A DNA stretch of 34,325 nt from assembly GCA_943704425.1 (NCBI GenBank), contig CALSCP010001964.1:1-34325 (forward strand), in the 5' to 3' direction. This document shows positions 14,601-34,325 of this stretch, in pieces; the stretch's first letter is position 1, and every line of letters starts with the position of its first letter. A model generated the notes under the pieces. It worked only from the letters and a program-made list of their open reading frames with translations. It was not told the origin of the DNA and did no database searches. The DNA is from Ministeria vibrans ATCC 50519. Its lineage: Eukaryota; Protista; Filasterea. The position numbers and the translations under genes are program-made.

Positions 14601-15282
14601 GCGGACGTTGCGTCATGCGAATCTGGTGCCGTTCTTTGGAGCGGGAGTGCTTGAAGGACGACTGCCCTTTTTGGTGACGGAGTGGATGCCACGCACTCTG
14701 CGAGGGATGTTGGAGGAGGAGCAGGCACTGGCGTCGACGATTCGTGTGCGACTGGCGACGGATCTTGCGCGTGCCGTGGCCTTTCTCCACTCGCGAGGGT
14801 ACATTCATCGTGACATTAAGAGTCTCAATTGTCTTGTGTCGAACGCACTGTCGCTTAAATTGGCTGATTTTGGTGAAGCGAAACTGCTGTCGCGTGAAAA
14901 GGTGCTCAAGGGAGGCAGAGAAGACGCGAGCGCAATGGTTAGTGGTGCGAAGAATGACAACAGTCAGCGTACACTGACCATTGGAGTGGGCTCACTGTTG
15001 TGGCGCGCTCCCGAGATCCACCAGAAGCATCCATTTACACCGGCAGCGGACTGTTTTGCCATTGCGATTGTGCTGTGGGAGATTTGGAGTCCTTCTGCAG
15101 AGCTGCCCTTTTCCAATATCTCCTTTTGGGAGTTGCCTGAGCGAGTGATTGGCGGAGTGCGACCGACCGTGCCCATTGGTTGTCTTGTGGGCGATTTAAT
15201 GGAGCAGCTATGGCAGACGGACCCCGAAGCACGGCCTACTGCGCAGCATGCGTTGGAGGAGTTGCGCAAGCTGGATGAGTAA
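11661..15282 (+). CDS. Single-pass receptor-like TKL protein kinase: signal peptide, Kelch propellers, Cys-rich (ephrin-receptor-like/GCC2-GCC3) module, EGF-like module, TM helix, kinase; 3 exons
   Basis: Signal MILFALVLALLGPSASL; many Kelch units (PR-x-x-H...YGG/FGG...W); CTLCPLGTYSTQAGASACTDCP; TM LAVPIGLGVTAAVLLILLLVFFV followed by RRRSR; kinase motifs ARGASG, VAVK, HRDIKSLN, DFG, WRAPE, RP. Introns at about 12379-12477 and 14340-14406. Confidence 0.9.
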
Positions 15283-15476
15283 TTGATTTTATTGTTCTTC
15301 GGTTCTTTACTGATATTATTAAAATAGTTGCGTACTTTATTGTAAAATTAATAATAATAATAAAAATAAAATTAATAGTAATAATAATAAAAAATTACGA
15401 GGAATTATAATAGTTTATTTTATTATTATTATTATTGATGATAATAAGAATAATAAAATAATTATAATAATACATA

Positions 15477-17754
15477 TTAGTCAGTGTACTGGAAGTGACT
15501 GGTGTAACAGGGAAGAGCCAATGAGCGGTGTGACTTGGAGCACTGTAAGTTGATGCTAGCGACGAGGCGACAGAGGCAGTGCGAGAGGGAAGAGTCGTCG
15601 ACAAAAGCAGCGGGGACAGCAGTGCGCTGGAGTACCAAGTCACGATAGGCGCGGAGGACGTGCAGCTCCGAGGCACAATCAAAGCAGTGATCCAGACCGA
15701 CACGATGCATTTCCTCGTCGCTCAGGGGAACGTCAAAGAAGGATGTCCGGGTGACCGTGTTGAAGTGGAACATGAAATCCTCGTACATTTGGTGATCGTA
15801 CTCGCGCATTGCGTCCTAAGGAAAAAAGATGATGCATGAGAGGAAGTCGATCTCGAAAATTGACTGGGTCCTGACCGGATCAGTGACAATGAGACGCGTT
15901 TCGGTGGTTGTACGCCCGCCCCAGACCGGCAGATACACATCGCCATTGAGGTAGTGCGTTGCAGTGTAGTCAGGGGCACACTTGTCGGTATAGGGCAAGC
16001 GGAACTTAAGCATGGCTGCCTTGGGCCGCATTAGCTTGACCCACTGCTCCTGCCACTCCATGTCCACTTGGACTCGACTCTCCTTGCGAAGAGGGTCGTT
16101 TGCATTGTCCATGGACCGCACATCACAGATAAATAGTGTGTCCTCGTCGCGCAGGGCCTCTGCAAGTTCATTGGTGAAGTATGTCTGGCGCAGCTTGATC
16201 CTGTCCGATGGGGCACACACAAAACTTGCGGGGTCCACCAGCAGCCACTTCATGTCCGGGAACATTCCCGACAAAAAATTGATGTGGTCTCCAGGAGCGG
16301 CGCCTACAGATGAATGTTTTGATGAGCGTTCTTTTCTTCTTCTATCTCAATTTGGGTCGCTCCCACACTGTGTGTCTCAAATGGTGTGTTTCACAATGTG
16401 TGTGTGTGTGTCAAATGTGTCTCTCCATATCACAATAAACGTCTCTCTATTATCGCATTGTGTGTCTCTCCAAATCACTTTTGTGCATCTCTCTGTCTCA
16501 CACTGTGTTCACATTGCCTCTCTTTCGGACAAAAATAAAACAGTCTTTACCTGCATACACAACCTTTTTTGCGCGGTGTCCATGAAGGCACAGAAACTCA
16601 ATCTCCGACAAGAGCAGCTTGCGCTGTCCCCAATGCTCCACTGTCTTCACCTCCCCCTGTCGGCGCTTGTACGACAGGCGCGGCTCAAGCGACGCTGGCG
16701 CCACACGGTCTGCTGCCGTCAGTGCCCGTCCCATTTGCACAAAGGCACGTCCGTTTACGAATACCTGATTCAAATGCGGGTTCTGCTTGTACAACTTCAC
16801 TTGTGCTGCGTCCGTCAGGTGCGCAACAACTCGGTCCCCATGAAGCTCGTTGGGGAGGATGATCCGTCCGCTGCTACCGTCCCGCCGAATCACACACTTA
16901 AAGGTCGTGTAGTACTTTTCTCGGTCAAACACAGACCGTGTTGAGCCAACATGACCCGACCGACGGATAATGTCTCTTTCGTCCAATTGAAAGATCTTGC
17001 GTCCCGTCGCTGTGTCTGACGCACTCACCAGTGAGCCCACATCGTGACTCTCGTCCAACCGTAGATCCTTGCGTCGCTTTTCAGAGTGATCTACGTGCAC
17101 TCGGTGCGGCATCAGAATCGCTCCGGTACGCACGTTGCGGAAGCGCATGGTGCCGTCTTGGGAGGGTGCATGTTCGTAGAGCGGTAGTGTGGGCTCGCCC
17201 ATGCTCTGCCAGATCATTGGCGTCGACCAGCTCATCTCAAGCGTGTGCACGTTGCGCCAACAGTCGCGCTCATCATGCGTCTGTTCCTTGATCCAGTCGG
17301 TGGGTCGCTCGGGCGATGGCGATCTCTCGTGCGAGCGACGATGGTGGCGACGCCCGCTCTGTGGCGAGCGATCCCAATCCCGCCTGCGACCGCGGCCTCT
17401 CGAGTCGCGACTCGAGTCGCTTGGTGACAAGGGGCCGTCTCCATTCCGCCGATAGGGAGTTTCATTAAGGCGAAGACGACCGACGCGGTGTTGAAGTTCA
17501 CCGTCGGAAACGGACGAGCTGGATGCCTCCTCAGACGTCTCTCTGGCGCACGGTCGCGTCGACGTCGACGCGTGCTTGTCGTCATGGCTGTCAAAGGCTT
17601 CGTCGGAGGCAGATGAGGTCGATACGTGACGAGCTCGCCACTTTGGTGAGAGTGTTTGTTTTGATTTTGCATTTGCGACAGTTGCTTCTGAAATTGAAGC
17701 GGATGCGAGTGAACCGCCGCTCTTGGTGGGCGGTTCACCCGGTTGGTCGTTCAT
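15477..17754 (-). CDS. VP39-like cap-specific mRNA (nucleoside-2'-O)-methyltransferase (poly(A) polymerase regulatory subunit family) with RS-rich and WW-containing N-terminal extension, 3 exons
   Basis: HWGQRKLLLSEIEFL, VVYAG|AAPGDH, LVDP, LFICDVR, DMEWQEQW, MLKFRLPY, LPVWG..TTTETRL, YD...YE..MFHFN and GLDHCFDC. The K-D-K-E catalytic tetrad candidates are present. Introns at about 16551-16306 and 15874-15817. Confidence 0.88.
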
Positions 17755-17974
17755 AAACCAAAGTGAGGGTAAGAATTGAAAGCAATGAATAGAATTGAGT
17801 GAAATAATTTCGTATTGATGAATGGCCAATGTAATGTATGTATCGGGAAGGTGTTAAGAAATAGAAAAATCTATTGTCTTATTATTGTCGATTAATGTGC
17901 CATACTACAACTTAATGCAAACGAATTGGAAATATATTGACGTATACTAGTGAACAGAATAAAGTATACATCTT

Positions 17975-18218
17975 TTAGTTTATTGCCTCGACGGCACTCT
18001 CTGTCGCTTCGCGGAGCAATCTGTTTCTCCGTCGAATGTCCACAAAGAGAAACCCGACGAGCGACAGTCCCAACACAGCACATTGACACCAGATTTGCGT
18101 CAGCGTTCCGTCGGGCCCATGAACTGGCACAGGAATCGCATAATAATACCTATCACATACATCACATTAATTATTAATCCGCTCTAAGCTGCTATTTTTT
18201 TTGTTGCTCTGTCTCTTT

Positions 18219-18254
<36 letters not shown>

Positions 18255-19529
18255 ATTATATATATAAATATAATAATATACTCGCTCATTCATTACCCGA
18301 CAAGTGAACCGATATTTTGCCACAGTTGAAAAATGACAAAAGACGCAACCGAGTCCATTCCAACGGGATACAACTGGCCCAACAGCGCATAAACCTTTCA
18401 AAACAAAACAAAAAAGAACGAGAGAGAAACATTAATATGAGTATAACTCAGAATAACTTATTTGGGCTCTGACTTGAGTGTTGAATCCACTGTCGCCCAA
18501 ACCCAAAAAGACCGCTAAAGTGAAAGGGAACAAATTATGAAAAACACAACTAACGTTATGCATACCAGCACACCAGGCACTCCAAGGAGCACAGTAGGAC
18601 TGGACACACAGCTGATGGTCCGTTTCATGTGGGTTGCGCTGAAGGACCACGGTGAAGTAGAGTCCAAAAGCGTAAAAAATGGTCCCCATGACAACGCCAG
18701 CACTGCGACCAATGCGGTCAGAGACGGCACCAATGACAAAGCCACCAACAGCATCGCCTACACCTGCACCAACCATGACCAGCCCGATGATTTTGGGATC
18801 GAGCAACTGTGGGAATTCGCCCGTCCAAAAAGAAAGCTCAAAGCCGGTGAGGAAGAAGATGGGCCACAGCGCAATGAGGGTCGGGTTAAGCAAGAGACGC
18901 CAGACGGCGCGCAGGGTGCCCATGATGCCGGCACGACGGCGCTCTTCCGCCAGTGGATCGAGTACGGTGTTGGGCAGTGTTGGGGCGCGACGCAGCAGCA
19001 CAAGCATGAGTGTACCGGCGGCCGCAATGACCGAGAAGGTGGTAAAAACCATGGTTTGCGTGAGCATCTGGAAGAGATAGAATGCAATGAGGTTGCCAAT
19101 GATGTTACACAGTTGAAAGATGCCCCAGAAGATGCCGCTGTTGCGACCGTAGTCTTCTGGTGTCGAGTTGGACGTCAGATAGGCGCCCAGTGCCACCCAC
19201 AGGATGGCCGCACCAAAGCCAATGACAACGGACATGGCGTAGACAACACCAGGAATGACGTGCACCAGAGACACAATGTAGACAACGTAGCAGAGGCCGC
19301 CCAGGAAGAGGGTGATGCGCTCGCCGATGCGCTGCACAATGTACGGCGTGACAATCACCGATGCCGCTACGACGCCATAGAGGATGCTCAGCGACGTGTT
19401 ACCCACGCCCGGTGGTAACAGTGTCGTGACAAAGTTTTGCACTGTGTTGTACGCAACAAAGAGCACCATCAGCGACAGAGAGACCCAAATCACATTGAAC
19501 ATTCGAATGCGAACGCGTCCGCCAAACAT
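17975..19529 (-). CDS. UNC-93-like MFS protein (MFSD11-like), 4 exons
   Basis: FVAYNTVQNF, SLSILYG, GFGAAILWVALGAYLT, GRNSGIFWG, TGFELSFWTG and LGLGDSGFNTQ|VYALLG. Downstream exons end ...VEAIN* at 17975. Confidence 0.9.
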
Positions 19530-19960
19530 GGTTGGCTCCTCCTCCGCACTCTACGTCGAAAAACAGCCCTTTTCAGCACGAGAATCAAACGACCGTCGCA
19601 GCACTCTTAAGAATGGGACGGAATGCAAGGCATACAGAGACGCCCCTTACCTCAAGCAGCGGTTTCTCTTCGTCTCCGTAAGCCATAACTTTTGTTGTTG
19701 TGTTTTTTTTTCTTTTTCTTCTTCTTTTTTTTTTCGTGTTGGTACAGGCAACTCCAGTCAAGACTCAACACTTGCAGAAGTGTTTGTAGAGGAGGTGCAG
19801 AATCTGTGCTAGGAATTAGGGAAAGGATTAGATATTAGTGATAACAAATTACAAAATAATTAATACTAATAATTATTATTTTTAAATTTTTTGCAATCAA
19901 ACTAATCAGTAAAATATTTTCTTTCACTTCTCTCTCGTTCGTTACTGAATACTAACCATT

Positions 19961-21021
19961 ATGTCTGGACGTGGCAAAAAAACAGGCGGTTCAGGTCGCG
20001 GGAAGCAGTCGCGTTCGTCGCGCGCTGGTCTGCAAGTAAGTACATGAAACTGTCATTGTGACGAGAAACGAACGAAAATCGAACGGGGCGGAAGGCAGAA
20101 GGATGCGAGGCTATTACGAGCCGTAGTCCAGCAGTGGCCAGTGGGTGATAGTACTGAATACTGACATGAGCCGTGCCGCATTGGCTGTTTCCCCGAGAGG
20201 CGACAATCTCACGCAGTGTTGTCGTTTTACCGTAGTTCCCTGTTGGCCGTATCCACCGCCTCCTGCGCAAGGGACACTACGCACAGCGTATTGGTGCGGG
20301 TGCCCCCGTCTACCTGGCGGCCGTCATGGAGTACCTCGGTGCGGAAATCCTTGAGTTGGCCGGAAATGTCGCGCGCGACCACAAGAAGTTGCGTATCAAT
20401 CCTCGACACCTACAACTTGCCCTCCGCAACGACGAGGAGCTCAACAAGCTGTTGTCGGGAGTAATTGTTGCTCAAGGCGGGGTGATTCCCAATGTTCACC
20501 CTGTGTTGCGCCCACGACGTCGATCAAATGCCAAACCGAAGAGTTGGATTTTCGCCACACGACTGACGCATCGCGGAAAAGTGTTTGGCACGTATCAAAC
20601 TTGCCAGTACGCCCATGTTCCCAAGCTTACGGCTGCAATGCTCGAGCCATTTACCAGGTTCAAGACGTTTGACGATTTGATGGCGCTCAGCGACGACGAG
20701 CGTCAGTCACTGCTCACACGCTCCGTCACTGACTGCGTCTTAGAGCTGAACCCACGACGGAGAGTCTTCTATGTCGACTCGCAAGGTTGTGTTATTTGGT
20801 ATCTCAACGACGACGGGACTGTTGGAACGGCGCTCAATATTCCTGCGGAAGTGGTCGCGTCGTCGCTTGCGGAGTTCCTCGCACGCATGGATCTCGAGAA
20901 TCGTATTTGGCTCCACTCGAATAATTATGGCGATCACCTGCTCACCGACCACGCCAAAGAGTACCTCGCCTTGTTAGAGGAAAAGGCGCCTCATTTTTCC
21001 CATCTTAAGTCTCCTTTCTAA
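19961..21021 (+). CDS. H2A: Histone H2A fused to a ~160-aa C-terminal non-histone domain (286 aa; exons 19961-20035 and 20236-21021)
   Basis: MSGRGK...SRSSRAGLQ|[44 protein letters not shown]...[35 protein letters not shown] continues without a stop or intron into a further ~165 aa. Confidence 0.93.
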
Positions 21022-21884
21022 TCCGCCTGAGCGAATCCCCTGGGAATGCCAGAGCTCCACAAGGGAGTCCACGAAATAAAAAGATTGAACAGCCATAATA
21101 ATAATAATTATCAATCTTATTTTTATTATTGAACTCAGCTGGGAACTTCAACTCTCCCAAGTAGCTTCGTGTAAATTTGCCATTTCGGTATTCGTCACTC
21201 TTTGACCTGGGCGCGGACGACTGGGCAAGACCCTGGGTGTTCGCACTGAGAAATTTCATCGAAAAAACAAACTGATCGCGCGAGAAACTGTATAAAACAT
21301 CAAACCACCTTAAAGAAAGAGTCGAATGCGTCGAATCTCAGTCAAGTTCGAAATTTTTATTGCTAACATTTTTATTCAGAATCTACCTTCAAGCTAGATG
21401 CGCTCTATTGAGAATTTCATTGTCGTTGCCGCGCTCCTTCATCAAGCGAGCGCGCTCTTGACGGTATGAAAATTCATGCGAAAATATATGAGAATACAAC
21501 CCATATATGAAGTGTGGACGAAACCTCGACTTTTTTTTTATTTTCGCCTCTTCATCATAACTACCGCCCACCCCAATACTCGCAATAGTTTAAATAATTT
21601 GCACTACACACGCAACTGGCCCAGTTTGGTGCTTGTAGCGCTCGCGCTTTTTTTTTTAATCTTTTTTGTGGTCCGACAAAATTCCGACAAAATTTATTTT
21701 GGCCTCTCTTTCTCCCGCGATGCACGCTGATGACAATTGACAAACGCCCTACTAGAGTGAGTGAGTAACGAGACAGACTACTAGTATCATATCTGTCACG
21801 ACGGGGTTGTTTTTCTTCAAATTCTCTCGTCTATTCTCCTCGTGTGCTTTCTAAAGCTGAGTCGGCTCGTTCGGCCGTCATTTT

Positions 21885-22005
21885 TCTCCGCTCTCTCTCG
21901 ATTCCTGTAGCCAGTAGCTTAAAAAGAGTGAGTTAGAAAGTGGTTCTGAGCTGTTTGCGTTGTTGGTTTTCGTTTGTGTTCGATAACAAATTGGAAATGT
22001 CTTCT
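21885..22005 (+). repeat. Dispersed repeat, copy B
   Basis: Matches the reverse complement of 10078-10194. Confidence 0.85.
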
Positions 22006-22067
22006 TCTTCTTATCTTCTATTGATTGACGTGCAGTCGTTGCATCACTTGTCAGCCTGTTTGAAGTT

Positions 22068-22138
22068 TAGAACGTGGATTTACGTGGTTCTGAGCTGTTT
22101 GTGTTAACGTTAATGTCGCTTTTTGTTTGTGACTGATA
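22068..22138 (+). repeat. Dispersed repeat, copy C (partial)
   Basis: GTGGTTCTGAGCTGTTTGTGTT...TGTCGCTTTTTGTTTGTGACTGATAA matches copy A with a 9-nt insertion. Confidence 0.85.
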
Positions 22139-22196
22139 AAAATTGAAGAAGAAGAGAAGGAGAGTACTCTGATGAAACTCTGATAATAATACCAGC

Positions 22197-22278
<82 letters not shown>
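22197..22278. repeat. (AAT)n microsatellite
   Basis: Directly visible, upstream of the acceptor at 22333-22334. Confidence 0.95.
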
Positions 22279-22282
<4 letters not shown>

Positions 22283-22334
22283 TCTTTGTCATACTCTTGA
22301 TTGACACACTGCTTCTCCACCAAATTTCTTTCAG

Positions 22335-34325
<11,991 letters not shown>

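Noticed and set aside
16012-19418. Long antisense ORFs (16012-16944 + and 18537-19418 +) and alternate-frame ORFs over the EGF gene
   Set aside because: Shadows of real genes on the opposite strand or frame, with no recognisable motifs
20545-21018. macroH2A or H2A.Z assignment
   Set aside because: No macro-domain motifs; the L1 and docking regions are canonical-type ([23 protein letters not shown]), not H2A.Z-type
21022-21075. Histone 3' stem-loop after the H2A fusion
   Set aside because: No GGYYYTTYHARRRCC-type hairpin. An AATAAA at about 21075 and the intron fit a polyadenylated variant-type gene.
10078-22138. Autonomous DNA transposon or endogenous virus bounded by the inverted repeats
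   Set aside because: No transposase, integrase, polymerase or capsid gene and no clear TSD; the enclosed genes are intron-containing and mostly ordinary host genes. Kept only as a minor option in the findings.

Overview
Gene-dense eukaryotic DNA with short spliceosomal GT-AG introns, GC-balanced exons and AT- or microsatellite-rich introns. It is most consistent with a unicellular eukaryote (protist); the lineage cannot be assigned from this window. Genes were assembled by hand from splice sites. In order: last exon of a HECT E3 ligase (+); an orphan multi-pass membrane protein (-); a KGD4/MRPS36-like mitochondrial protein (+); a candidate structured non-coding RNA; a FAM135/DUF676 lipase-like protein (-); selenocysteine elongation factor eEFSec (+); Mediator MED7 (-); a PH-domain protein (-); a Kelch/Cys-rich/EGF single-pass receptor TKL kinase (+); a VP39-like (poxvirus/NCLDV/kinetoplastid-type) cap 2'-O-methyltransferase with an RS-rich, WW-containing N-terminus (-); an UNC-93/MFSD11 transporter (-); a histone H2A fused to a ~160-aa non-histone domain (+); and a giant Notch/fibropellin-like protein (+) with about 65 EGF modules that runs off the window. 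The strongest candidates for novelty are (1) the H2A fusion, with a macroH2A-like layout but a SUKH/SMI1-like rather than macro domain and Arg at the K118/K119 positions; (2) the WW-bearing viral-type cap methyltransferase; (3) four ~200-aa domains inserted inside EGF modules; and (4) a densely helical ~250-nt intergenic element. All family calls come from motif recognition by eye; no searches were run.
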